Source: Trichoplax sp. H2 (lineage: Eukaryota). Taken from it: DNA of 64,000 bases. The stretch lies in contig NOWV01000269.1 in NCBI GenBank assembly GCA_003344405.1, forward strand, positions 1 through 64,000, in the 5' to 3' direction. Within the stretch, counting starts at the first letter, position 1, and each line of letters opens with the position of its first letter. The notes beneath the pieces were generated by a model. It worked only from the letters and a program-made list of their open reading frames with translations. It did not search any database and was not told the origin of the DNA. Position numbers and translations under genes: made by a program. This document shows, piece after piece, positions 1-13,637 of the stretch.

Positions 1-43
1 GATGTCCATTGGTCACGGGTACATCTTCGCTTAGTGTAGTCAT
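1..43 (-). CDS. Possible 5' end of a gene running off the window (MTTLSEDVPVTNGH...)
   Basis: ATG at 43-41 opens a frame to the window edge. It would be head-to-head with LRRC59, like the other divergent pairs here. Too short to identify. Confidence 0.3.
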   Translation of the reverse strand, partial: MTTLSEDVPVTNGH

Positions 44-729
44 GGTTGAGCAATAGAACCAGATAAATTGCTTGGCAGTTTCAGTAAATATCAACTAGAT
101 AATCGATTTTGTGCCCTTCAATACAGATGGTTGGGATAGAAACTTTTGCAAGAGCAGAAATGGCAGCAACTTGCAGACGAGTTTTGAGATTGCGGCCACA
201 ACACGATGACTAACCCGATTGGTGAGAAGACGGCCACCAAGGTCGATCGACTCTATCAAACAGTACTGCCGATTGCGGTCTAAATCAACGTATCAACTGC
301 AGTAGTAACTGTTGTTGGCCAACAGCAGGAAGATTTCAGGGTCTGTCTCGACCAGGGTGCTCCCTCCACAGTCTACAGTCTACAGTCTACAGTCGCATAC
401 TGTGGACTACAGTACAATCGGATACTGTACCATGTCCGGTACAGTGCACAGTACAGTACAGGGACGACGACTACAGTACCTTCCGGTACTGTACACTGTA
501 GAGTTGGTGGATGAAGGGATCCTGTACTGTACCTGTGTACCACGTGATGAACTTCGGTGGCACTACGCAAAAGAAGCTGTGGAGGCTAAATCAGCCCAAA
601 GTCGATGATAGGCGAGGCGGAAAAAGTCTGCCAGTCCGAGAGTGGACCGTCCTGTCCAAGTTCCCAGCCAGGTCATGCATGGTCTTGTTTACCTTCCCCC
701 AAAACTCCCCTACTAGGGTTTTTCCATGC

Positions 730-2045
730 TTGTACACAGTACTGTAAACTACTGTACTGTCTACTGCACAGTAGTTACTGTACAGTAGACCTGGACTGAG
801 TACTCTCGGACTGACGGATATTTTCCGCATCGCTTATCAAAATACAGTACTGTACTGTGTCCTACCATGGAAAAACCCTTGTACTGTACTGTACTGTATG
901 ACTTACAGTACAGTACTGTACTGTAGACCTAGACTGTCACTGGACTCAATACACTCGGACTGACGGACATTCTTCCCATCGCTTATCAAACTATTGTACT
1001 GTACTACATAGAGTCCAGTCTCTGGGACTACTGTACTGACGGACATTTTCCCCATCGCCTTACACTACTGTATGACTTACTGGACAGTAGACCTGGACTG
1101 AGTACTCTCGGACTGACGGATATTTTCCGCATCGCTTAGCAAAATAAAATACTGTACAGTACTGTGTCCTACCATGGAAAAACCCTTGTACAGTACTGTA
1201 CTGTACTGTCCTTTGGGGATACTGTAAAGAAGACCATGTACTGTACTGTATGACTTACAGTACAGTACTGTACTGTAGACCTAGACTGTCACTGGACTCA
1301 ATACACTCGGACTGACGGACATTCTTCCCATCGCTTATCAAACTATTGTACTGTACTACATAGAGTCCAGTCTCTGGGACTACTGTACTGACGGACATTT
1401 TCCCCATCGCCTTACACTACTGTATGACTTACTGTACAGTAGACCTGGACTGAGTACTCTCGGACTGACGGATATTTTCCGCATCGCTTATCAAAATACA
1501 GTACTGTACTGTGTCCTACCATGGAAAAACCCTTGTACTGTACTGTCCTTTGGGGATACTGTAAAGAAGACCATGTACTGTACAGTACTGTATGACTTAC
1601 AGTACAGTACTGTACTGTAGACCTAGACTGTCACTGGACTCAATACACTCGGACTGACGGACATTTTCCCCATCGCCTTACACTACTGTATGACTTACTG
1701 GACTGTAGATTTTCGGATCGCATTTCGGATTTTATGTAGCGCTTTCAATCGGATTAAATGTTTAGTCGTAGTGGGGTTATAATACACTACTGTAGACCTA
1801 GACTGTCACTGGACTAACACACTCGGACTGACGGACATTCTTCCCATTGCTTATCAAACTATTGTACTACATAGAGTCCAGTCTCTGGGACTACTGTACT
1901 GACGGACATTTTCCCCATCGCCTTACACTACTGTATGACTTACTGTACTGTAGACCTAGACTGTCACTGGACTCAATACACTCGGACTGACGGACATTCT
2001 TCCCATTGCTTATCAAACTACATAGAGTCCAGTCTCCGGGACTAT
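730..2045. repeat. Composite tandem repeat with higher-order period of about 300-350 bp
   Basis: Unit A (TAGACCTGGACTGAGTACTCTCGGACTGACGGATATTTTCCGCATCGCTT) is at ~786, 1088 and 1440. Unit B (TAGACCTAGACTGTCACTGGACT...CTCGGACTGACGGACATT) is at ~924, 1276, 1617, 1793 and 1951. Unit C (CTGACGGACATTTTCCCCATCGCCTTACAC) is at ~1036, 1388 and 1899. All share the core CTGACGGAYATT and are separated by TACWG runs. Confidence 0.92.
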
Positions 2046-2465
2046 TGTCCAGTACTATACTGTACGACTCTACAGTACAGTAAAACAGTCTACAGTGTAC
2101 AGTACGGTACTGGATGCCTGGCAGTCGAGTACATGTACTGTACATCTTGTACTGTACGGTAGCAGGTCTAGTCAGGGGAAAGTCAAACCAGTTATTGTAC
2201 TGTTGCGTCACCATTCAAACGTCAGACTAGCGCAGTGACATTCGATGACTGACTCACCGAGATTATCCAACTGAAAGTGCTTCCGCCATTGAATTCAAGT
2301 TTCTCCTCTGCTTTCCTTGATTTCCTTTGCAGTCCATTGCTAGAAATTTCCTCGTCAATTCCACCTTTGCCTAGGTTTCATTTCCTATCCAACAAGGAGA
2401 CACAAACATACTGTGGTGGAATCGGGTAGACAAGAGGAACATTGATCCAATCCAAGACGTTGAAA

Positions 2466-5400
2466 ATGGCATCCAAAGAAGCCAGTCAAAAGCAATTCAA
2501 GTTCATCAAAGACAAATTAGATGGCAATCATTTGGATTTGAGTTTATGCAGTTTAACTAAGATTCCTGTTAAAGAATTGGTAAGTACATTGGTCATTTTG
2601 TCATGTCAACATGTCAAGGACTTGCAGTTATGCTTGGCCATGTTGTCTATCCTATGTCATTCCATTCTTCAACCACCATTGACGTACTGTACGGTAGCCA
2701 TCAACAATCAGCTCCGTTCCTGCTCAACCTTCATAACATGCTACTCGACCATGCAGGATGATAGTCAGTTAGTGGTGTATTGCTTCTTCTTCTTTACGAT
2801 CTCAATGAGTAGAAAGACTATTCTCAACCTTTCTATCCAATAGAGACACTGTAGGCAGTTGCTGCGGAGTAGCGCCTACGGTAGAGGAGGATTCTATTTG
2901 GACAGATTACCGACTAAAACGTTCATCACATGGATAAAGAATAACATGTACAGTAAATCATGCAACTGCCAATCGCTTACCAACTATTACTATAGCGTAA
3001 CTAGTCTTGACAAGCTAGCAAAAATAACATAACGTTGTCATTGCCAATCCAGGGAAAACTTCTACTTGACATCATGCAATCACCTGCACACCTGCCTCTT
3101 CATACTAGAGGCAATCATCACCTCCAACCAATGGATAGGAAATTGATTATCTTTGCAAAACACGATAATATCATGACCAAACAATCGACTGCTGCCATAG
3201 TATGAAATGGACTTGAGTGGATAGAAAGTCCTTCAAGCAAAGTAATTGTACGTACTGGATGTGCTATAATCCTACCAGTGGATACAGTCAAGAGTATGAT
3301 CGACAAACAGAATCAATTGAGTCGTAGTCAAGTTGAAATTAGAAATTTGCGGTAAAGCAACGTGCGTCCAAGCTATCCTTTAGCAAGACCCAATAGGAAG
3401 ATTAGAGTAGTCATATTAACAAAAGCAAGTTGACACAGTAATTGCAAGTGCAGGTAGAAAGTTGAACTTGACTGGATAAAATCCAACCCTTTGTACTGCA
3501 CAATGTGCAATGTACAGCAATCATTTCACACCATCATCAATGGCCATCTCCAATAAGCAATAGACGAATGCATATCAAATGATTAATGCTTACAAAATGA
3601 TAGTATTGCAAAACAACGTATTCTTATCTTGATAATAAAATATTGTGTTTTATTCTCTTCCTTACATAACTGTAAAGTCGATGATTCCTAAAGCAAATCA
3701 AGTCGATCTCAGCTGCAATCAATTAACCAGTATTCCGGTGAGTTAAAACTACCCAAGTTAACTCTATCTTCTATGTTATATCAGCAACCTCTCATGCAAA
3801 CATGAGGTCAATCTGTACGGAGAGGTGGTGTGGTTTAGGCACAAGCATACAGTGAACAAGTATTATACAATGCAAAATAGATGCTTTTTGAGGGGGAATA
3901 CAGTAAATTGGCGAATTCGATATTGAGTACGTAGACACTAAGCAGTATAAAACAACTGCTAAAGGTGTTTTGAGCTGTTCTTATCCTTAAGGCATGCAAT
4001 AGATACGATAGAATTTGATACACAGTAATATCAATGGTGTTACAGTACATAATGTTAGACAAATAAATTATCAAAGTAAGGAAATACTTGCAAAAAATCA
4101 TTCTTAGAATGCTCGTTACTCTTCCCTAGTTTTTACTGACGTTGCAATCAGTTTTATAGCTCTACAGATAGGCTATGCCATTCAGTCTTGTCTAAATTTG
4201 ATCTGTAACTGTAATTTCTACTACCTCCATTCATTACTTTGCTTTTATGCACTGCTGAAATAGGAATCATTTTGCACCTTGTCCTATATCGTAATGTTGG
4301 ATTTAAGTAGTAACAAGTTAACAAGCTTGCCGTCGCATTTTGGTCAACTTCGTAATCTGAAAAAATTAGAGTTATACCGCAATCAATTAACCGATTTACC
4401 AAGTAGCATGTTTAAATTAGCAAACTTAAAATGGTTAGACTTAAAAGATAATCCTCTTAATCCAGAATTAAAAGGCATCGCTGGTAACTGCGTGACAGAA
4501 AACGAATGCAAAAATTGTGCTGTTAAGGTATTGCTCGTCTGATTATAAGTTATAAAGACAATAATTGTATTAACGGTAAGTAGGTAGAATGCGCTCAATA
4601 ATATGCAATTGGGATTATCGGATGCCATTGTTGGCAGGTTGTAGGTCATTTGAAAAAACGACAAGCTGATGAAGAAAGGAGCAGACAAGAACAGCTGAAA
4701 GAACAGCAGAAACTCGAAAGAGGTTAGTTAATCGAGATTGATAATGCTACAAAAGAATTGAATAGTTGTTATGGCTATTATTCCTTGTCAGAAAATAAAC
4801 CTATTTAAGGAAATGCCACTGTTACAATTTTAAAAAGAGTACTAATAAAGAGGAAAGGCTCTCTTACATTAAAATGTATTTGTTTCTCAGAAAAAGAAGC
4901 TCAAAAGAAGGCCGAAGAAGCGAAAGAAAAGGAAGTGCTACGTCGACGTAAAGCAGAGGAGAAAGAGAAACGTAGAAAAGAATACCAAACTCAGTTACAA
5001 AAACAACAGAGTCAAGCTGCTACAAAATCAGTCAATGAAGATACCGATCAGGACTTGGACACTAAAGCAGTTAATTCAGGTGAAGTTCGCAATGTACATT
5101 TTATAACATACAGTACATAAATCGACCACTCACATGCAGTTAAGGATACCTTTAATCCAATAGTGTAATGTAAATTTATTACTTAAATATCAATATGGCT
5201 TTTTACATTACACACCTGTATCGCAATATTAAATAGTTTAACTTTAATTTCGCTGATTGAGACATTTTACAACTTGGTTTTTCATGTAGCCAAACTTTAA
5301 CGACGTTGTTATCATTCGTAATAATATTAAAGGATTAGCTCGTAGTTACCTTATTTATCTTCTTTTTTATTAATCTTTCATTTTAATTCTCAATTTGTAG

Positions 5401-5576
5401 GAAATGTGAGGAAAAGAGAGTCAGGAAATATCTTTATAACATTGTTACTATTAGTTGTAGTCGTAGCTGTATTGCTAGTAGGAATTCTTTATGGCTGTCG
5501 AAATAATTCACACGAAATTTGTCGAAAAATTAAAAGTACTAAATGGTTTGATTATGTAGCCGATAAAATAATGTAG
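2466..5576 (+). CDS. LRRC59: Leucine-rich repeat protein 59 homolog (LRRs, coiled coil, C-terminal TM anchor)
   Basis: Six GT-AG exons join in frame: 2466-2579, 3678-3737, 4264-4527, 4638-4722, 4891-5079, 5401-5576. Motifs are DKLDGNHLDLSLCSLTKIPVKEL and LKWLDLKDNPL...IAGNC...CKNCAVKV, then a K/E-rich coil and a hydrophobic tail (IFITLLLLVVVVAVLLVGILYGC). Confidence 0.9.
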
Positions 5577-6407
5577 GCATGGATAAGTATCTAGTAATAC
5601 ATTTAAAATCTGATATGCAAAGAGGCATAAAAAAATAAAGATTGCCAGATATTTTTAAAAATTTTCTTCTTTGTCGCTTCGATGTCCATGTGCTCCATGA
5701 ATAGGTTTAATGATACAGTAATGTTATTTGTGCTCAATTTCTGAATTATAACGCTCCATTTACCACTTCAAAAAGTGCTCTTTAAGTGCAGTTGAATACA
5801 AATTGAACTGAAAGATTCGCAAGAACGAAAATGTAAATTGGACTGGAAGTTCTGCAAACGTGCTCATGGCAGTATTGTGAAGCTCATATCATAAGCAAGT
5901 GTACGGTTATCAATTAAGTGAAATTACACTTAAAGCCTTTATTGCAATTATCATCATTACTATCCGTAGATAAAGTTACTGTACCCAAACTCTTGGGTAT
6001 GGACTAACTCACAGTCACTTGCCATGATAACCGTGTTCGTCCGCCAAATCGTGAATAACTCTCTGATTATTCATGTTCTATCTGAACGCAATTATTAGAT
6101 ATTCAAGAAGTTTCTATTATTACGCCAATTGAGGTGCGCTATGGGCAAACCTAGCAAGGACTATTGTACTTGATATACGAGTACAAAGTTCGAATAAATT
6201 ACAGCGATGTCATAGAATGATTCGTTTGGGGAATTTTTCAATTAAATGATCTTATCCTAAAATTATCATTTGTTTTTTTTAATATTAATTTTTATAGCCA
6301 TGTCAATATAAATCACACTAGATAATGTTGAAGCACTATTACAATGGTATTTTTATCGAACATGAAACTGATCATCTTTGTTACTATACATAAAATTAGC
6401 CTTCTGT

Positions 6408-6868
6408 TTATTTCTGTTCAGGTTTTCGATCTCTTCTGACCACAGGTGATTGCTGACTCAGTCGATTCTAAAATAAAATGGAGGTGAATTAATTTTTGTT
6501 TTATCCATCGACTATATAGAAAACTGAGTCAATCACGACTAGGAATAAATCAATAGCTGCCGCTGCAGATACTTCTTCTCATTTAAGCAACCTCACACCT
6601 GTTTCTCAACTTGAGAAAGATATCTCAAATCCTGCTGTATTATCAGGAAAGAATCGGCTGCACTGTCGCTGTGGCTTGTGGACAAAGATGTTCCATGATT
6701 CTGCTTATCTGACTGCGAAGCTGCTGATAGGCGTCTTATAACTCTTGCAAGGCGCACTTCGTCGATTGAATTATATATACTCTCGTTATCACTGTCATTG
6801 GATGATTGGAATCCAGAAAGATTTGTTTTTGCTATAGCAGAATCGGCAAGATTCGACTCCTGCAATAT
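6408..6868 (-). CDS. Probable 3' exons of an unidentified Ser-rich protein gene
   Basis: Exon 6868-6599 (donor CAG|GTGTGA) joins exon 6467-6408 in phase 0, ending NRLSQQSPVVRRDRKPEQK*. The 5' exons are unresolved and no domain was recognised. Confidence 0.35.
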
Positions 6869-8983
6869 CTGAAGAAGATTTTCTTGGTTCTTGATACTTT
6901 GATTTGCGTCGCGTTAATAAATGGAGAGTTATTCCAGTTTAAAACTAATAAAGCTGTTAAGATAATGCATACTCGCCTTTTGTACTAAGAAAATGTACCT
7001 GATGTACCAGTAAGCATTTGCTGTTAGTCTATCGATTAAATGGTGTGCATTTGTTCTATATCCTGTATGATGGAAGGACACATTCCTATCTTAACATGTG
7101 GTATTCATTAGTCTATAGCATCAACAAACGTTAGGCATTGGCTGGGGATTGCAATTACTTATTTTGGGGGTAATTTGTGTACGTGTGTATAAATATTGCA
7201 ATTGTAAATACAATATACAAACAAATTCATGGATATTCATCAAACTTGGATGCACAGCTAATTACTATCTGTTTTACTTTTATTGCACCTATTTACGAGG
7301 ATGTCGAACTGGCTTCTGATCGCATTCATGCTGTTATTGTTTTTTTTATTAGGTAGCGTTATCCAAGCATTATGCTGTAAGGAGTAAATCTGCTTTGTGT
7401 TAGCTATAGACATCGTCAAAATAGTAAAACTACAAATATTATTTTTAGATTTTATGAAGAAGAAACGCTTCCATAATCATATATTTAAATATAGTTCAGT
7501 TGGACATTATAAGAGCGCTAAAGTTAGCGATAATTTGCATTAAACTTTACATAGCCGCGAAAGAGCTGTTTTTATACAGTATGGTAATAATTTATTTACA
7601 GTTTATTTCTACGTGAATATAACATATGAAGTAGTATTGTATTGCAATCGTTCTATGATTAGGATATCACGAGACGATACGGTAAGTTTTTGGTTATTAA
7701 CACTAATCCGTTGGTGTCCGTACACAGTCTTAGAATAAAATTCTTATTTAATTTTCGATACATGCTCGTAATTATAAAGACGGCTTCTAGATTTGTTGCA
7801 GTAAGATCAGTATCGTTCATAATGTGGATTATAAACTTTTGTAATTATTTGTAAGCCATTTCGATTATCTTACAATTGGCTCTATCGGATTCTCCACAAC
7901 ATAGAATCTTAATACTTGTGCGCTTAATTCTTTGTTACTATCTTAAGATCATTTAATTTTGGTTGGTATATTCATGATATTTTAGTGTTCTCATCACGTA
8001 ACGATCTCAGTACTTGCAAAATTGCCTGTAACACCCAAAAATATACAATTATTCTAGTTTGGTGATGATAAAGGAAGGAGCATTTTAATAATATAGTATG
8101 CTGATTGCTTTTATGTCAGAAATGAGCTGTTCTGCAAGATATCGCTCCAGACAGCATCAAACCAGTGCTATAAGCTCCTCGTCATCCCTTTAAATCTATA
8201 TTTCAGTGGAAAACTTAAATATTACATAAAATACGTGAATAGCTAACCTAACACATAAAACAATTCTATGATGATGGAAGTCTTGTTTATAAGGTTGTAT
8301 ATGTAGTTCACAGTACAGCTTAAGCCTTGACCATTATTGTTTTCAACCTTACATAGCCGACGGTATGGTATGACGAATTATTCCTTGACCAAAATCATAG
8401 TAAAAGCTGCCAGATTTATTATTATGAGAACAAATGCATTGTATGTATTAAAATATTGATGGTAGAATTTTTGTTTTATGGCAATGATTTAAGAATTTTG
8501 AGAAGATTAATAAATTCATTAATTATAATCTGTTAATATTGATGCAACTATGATCGAATGTGTATGCCGAAAGAAAAGATACAGTAAGAAAAACAAACTT
8601 AAAGCTAAATTTCTAGTTGGGTTAATCAAATCGAGCGTAGTTAACTTTCGTCTCTAATCCTGCATAAGGTTGTGTAACTGCACATTACAATCTATAATTA
8701 TATAATTTATATAGAAATTAAAAAAAAATTACCTATAATTTTCACCGATAATTAGAATAGCTTTAAAACAAGATGTAAAAGAAGTGATGATGTGCAAATT
8801 ACTAATTTATTTTTGCATCATACACAAATAACTGAGTAATGTCAAATAAAGACTACTATTGGCTACATGTATGAATATGGTTTGGTGCTAATAGAATTAG
8901 TAGTTTATAATCAATTTTCAATCCATAGACATTTGTTATAGTAAGATAGTACGGAAGAAATTGTTAAGCTGTAGTGGTACTTT

Positions 8984-11900
8984 TCATGTTTTAGTAGAGC
9001 TAATCGCTAAAGCAATATCATTCCGACCTATTCGTCTCAAAGCTGTCTTCAGTCCATCAACATTAACATTTGGGCAATTTTTATTATACCAGATATCGAG
9101 AAATTTCATTACTTGATCGAAAACTCTACTTTCTTGAGCTTTGATTGTATCAACATCGATAAATGGGCCTAATATAGCAGCCAGTTTTGTCCAATCGATG
9201 CCAATTCTATCTGCAATTTCGAAAAAGCAATTCCTTGGATCTATAGAGTTACGGCAATATTGCAAATAAATTAAGATGAAAAATGATTAAACGAGAAATA
9301 TTGCTAAATAGTACTTGTCATTAACATAAATAATGATTTGCCAATGTAAGAACTTTGCTATTTATGTAGAATTTAAAATATAAGATATAAAAAGTTTGCA
9401 TTGCATGCATATAGAGTACAAGAAATGGCTGGAAATATAGAAATACAATCAAATAAAGCAGATATAGATCAGCCGGCTAATTTTGCACCGAATATTATAT
9501 CTACGCTGATACATTACGAGATCAAGCAATCATTAAACTGTATCTTTGGGATATAGCTTTGTTTTTATCTATAGTAAAATATTTATACAAGTATAAATAC
9601 TATATGTATTTTTATACTTAGTTCAGCTGCTTCTACAACAAATATTACATATTCCTTTCTTGTATTTAGTTGATAAAATATTGAATACATCATAGCAAGA
9701 TGTTTATTTGATAAGTGTTACACTCACCATGTCTACTTGCCACTTTTTTCTTTTTATCGAAATTCCGATCACGTATTGATTCTGATTTATGCGATCCTTT
9801 ACGTTTACCAAAGCGATTGATATCTGGTCTTTCTGCGAAATAATTAGAGACTACTTCCGTCATCTTGTCAGCTAAGATAATAATCATTATTTTGAGAGAT
9901 TACGCAGTTAATTTGAAGAGTATCGGTATTTGTCATATACAATATAGTTAAGAAATAGATTCTATCGAAATAATCAGTAATCCAATACTAAAGCAAGTAA
10001 ATATTATACTTATTGGAACATGGTATAACGTATTTTTACTTACTTTATTGCTAATTTACTTGACAAATACACTGTTTAAATTGAGATGCATTTTAGCTTC
10101 TTCATTAAGTAATATCTAGTCTATATCTTTACCCACCGTATGTATTTGTTAATCTTTCCTTTCTAAGAAGCATCCAGTCACGTGTAGGCTTCGATTTAAA
10201 AAATTTCTCACATAAAACACAACGAATAATATCTACACTATCCGCGAAATAACTATCCACTATTTCTGTCATCTTACTACATTCATTACATCTAACATAA
10301 AATCTACTTTGTGCTGATTTAAACTTTGGCATTCTTTCATTAATTGTCTCGTTTAGTTTATCTCTAATTATTATATGTGGTTGTATCTTACTAATCCAAC
10401 TACCGATATTATTCTCAATCCTAGACGCAATTTCTTTCGGATATTTCTGATAGCAATAGAGTAAGCTAATACGAGATTCTTCTTTCTTAACAACAATCTG
10501 ACATTGATAATCAGGTATGTAGTATTTAGCACATCGATAATAAACTTTTACTCTTGAGTTATTCCACACTTTTAAACAAGCCGATAAAAGGCAATAAAAT
10601 ATACCGTCAGGAATATACGGTATAACTTTTTCGTCGTATCCAATGTATAGCCAATCTGATACACGATAATCTGTTAGATCTAACGTACCAACAGATGAAT
10701 TAAGTAGATAAGGTATAAAATATTGCTGGTGACATTCTTTGTTATCAAGACTATCATGTTGATCCTCAATTTTACAGATAATATTATAACTATCCATTAA
10801 TTGTAACACGAAATCTTTCTCTTTCTTTTTCAATTCGAAATCTACTACAATATTATCAATGTACGCTTCAGATATTTTTCCAGTCTGATAAGCTTGATTA
10901 TAAGATTCTCTTACATTAGTGGCCTTATATTCGCGTTTATCGAGTTTAATAATCGATCGAAATATATTGAGTAGCCAATCGAGATTAGTTACAATCATTT
11001 CTTCTACGCCTTTTTTACGACAATATACAATATCGCCTATATCATGTAAGTATAATAACATACTACGCAATTTCTCATCGTTTTCATATAACTCGCAATC
11101 TATAGCTAACTGCTTTACTTCTTCCAATGTCATAATATTATGAATTCTATTAATAATACGATTAAACTGTGTTGTTGATGCGGCTTGTCTGCTTATGTCA
11201 TTAACTGATGTATGCAATATAGATGCCATAATATACCATCGAATCGGAATCGATTTTTTCATAAAAGGTAAACTAGACACGATTCGCTTTATTAATTCAT
11301 GTAACTGTAACGTAGTCTGTCGACGTTGCTCGATAGCCGCTGAAGATTTATCATCGGGATCGCAATGAAATATGATGTCTGAAAAGCATATATTAGATTT
11401 ATAGATAGGCATTGTTGCAATAATAGAATTCTCAAACGTCTTAAATCTACGTTGACGCTCTTGACAATCTTGTATTTGATCGCCATGAGATGCTACTAAG
11501 ATGACAACTGGTAAAGAATATTGTTGCAATTTACCATCAATTTCTACTTGGACAGTCTCATCGCCATCATGGCTACCAATAATCGATGTAAGCCATTCTT
11601 GCATAGCATATCGATAAGTCATATTAGTTGGGTTTCCTTCTCTATCAATAACAAAGTCATCGAAATCACGAGTAATATTAAAAACTAAAATATAGATACT
11701 ATTTCCAGATAGAAACGGACGATGCGTAACATGATAGACAGCTTGACCTCCGAAATCGACTAATTTACCATATTGATTATCGTCATCTACTATTTCGCCT
11801 CTCATATCGATTATAGATCGCATAAAATCTTCGTACATTAAGATTTTGTGGATTTTTTGTGTTATTGAGACAGTAGATACAAGGGTATCGATAGCCATAG

Positions 11901-13637
11901 GTCGATTATCGCTAATTACCGACTTTATTTTATCAGTGCTAATAAATGTGTCTGTTTCTATCGTCTGTATTTGACGATCTACTTTACTAACTTGGATATC
12001 TGGGTTGATATTAGGTACAATATTCAGTTTTGTCTTGAATTTTTGTATAGCTGCTAACACTTTCCTATGCAATACTATCTGGAAGTGATAAATCTTCTTG
12101 TCTAAGATATTGTATACAATAAGATTAACATATCTGCCGGTGTCGTCGATAATCTCAGTTTGGCTTACGCTAATAATTATTCCTTGATTTGTAAATACGT
12201 TCATAATAGTCGTTTTACCCACACTTTCAGGACCGGCAAAGATAATTTTAGTAAAATCATTACGACATTGTCCATCTTGTAGCGCTTCATTATAAGCTTT
12301 AATGTATTCTTTATCATTGATAGCTAAATTAATATTAATTGATCAAATTATTAACCACGATAGAAATATTTCCCAAAGTATAGTATTATTATGACCTATA
12401 AACCGTAAATAGTAATAAAAGTAGAGAGAGAGAGTGTAGTTAAAATTTCCTCACCTTCAGTATATGTGGAATTTTCACTTTTCAAATCCGTGTTTTCAAT
12501 CTTGAGACTACCATCTATTTAATAATTAATTAGTGAATGTAAATAAAATCTTGCGACTCACATCATTCAATAAATTAATTAATGCAGCATTTACCCTGTA
12601 AAATTTTCATCACATAACTCGATAATAATGGATTCGATTGGGCTTTCAGTAAGATATCGTTAAGATTCTTTGTTATTTTGTATAGTTTTAGATTAAAGAG
12701 GCTGGTTATTAATATTACCAAGTGGTTTTGGGATAGATTTTTCTTAAGCCAAAAATGCAGTATTTTGATGGCTAAAACCGAACTAGGACTTGGATGATGA
12801 CATTGCTCGATATATTGGATATCATCATTAGAAATGCCTAAATCGATTGATAAGTTTATCCACTTGTCTCCAATTTCGTTCGCAATAGTCGAATAACATT
12901 TCTCTATAGTGGAAGTTACAACATAATCCAAAATGGGTATTACGGTAATGTTAAATAGTATATGTGATATAAATATATTTATTTACGGATTGAGTTTGTG
13001 TAGATCAGTAGTCGATTACTACATATTATGAATGCTATTAATTTTCACAAATGTTTACTGTTAATTATTATCATTAGACTTTGGTATTAATTTACAGTAT
13101 TATAAATGTTACTGATAATGCCTTTCGATCAATTTTACTATTAATTACTAACCGTTAAAAATTTCTATTGCCTCTTTTTCTTTGTTGATATCCACATTAG
13201 TCGAGTTATCTCCAGCTTTCTTGTCATTTTGTTCAAATTCTACTGTAATACATATTTGAAATTTTAAGCAAATAACTCCAACATATATATATTTCACACT
13301 ATGAAATATGAACATATGCATGGTTGTTTTACTTGTGTATCATTTCGAACATATAAATGGTAGCTGACGACTTGAAAATAGTAATATTGCTGTTATATCA
13401 TTACTATAACTCACTACTATACATTTATCAAGATGGTATTGGCTTGAAGTTTATTTCAAGATCATCTATTTTTACTGGCAAGAATTATTTTAAGTCTTAT
13501 ATTTTGGTATGAATGATTTAATAAACAGAGCTACATCATTATATTTTACAACGTTACATCGATATTCAATATATTGTATAGACTACCATAACCTTGATTA
13601 TTACTTTGCATCGAGTGCTGTCCTTGGTATTTCAATT
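8984..13637 (-). CDS. Roco-family protein segment: death domain, ROC GTPase, COR, death domain
   Basis: Exons: 13637-13593, 13242-13153, 12903-12595 (DD: IANEIGDKWINLSIDLG), 12514-12455, 12323-10137, 9871-9728, 9240-8984 (DD: IADRIGIDWTKLAAILG...ALRRIGRNDIA). The large exon has P-loop GPESVGKT, G3 DFGGQAVYHVTHRPFL, G4 LVASHGD and COR motifs IPIRW, LLYLHDIGDIVY and YFIPYLL. All junctions are in frame. Confidence 0.88.

Noticed and set aside
730..2045. CRISPR-like array of repeated cores
   Set aside because: The intervening sequences are themselves repeated rather than unique spacers, spacing is irregular, no cas genes are present, and the context is eukaryotic.
312..2214. Short ORFs rich in YCTV/TVQY
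   Set aside because: They are translations of TACWG runs and the minisatellite, open in several frames on both strands.
13333..13352. Independent start exon for the Roco gene (ATGTTCGAAATGATACACAA|GT)
   Set aside because: Its phase-2 donor gives a stop within a few codons in exon 13242-13153, whereas exon 13637-13593 fits in phase 1.
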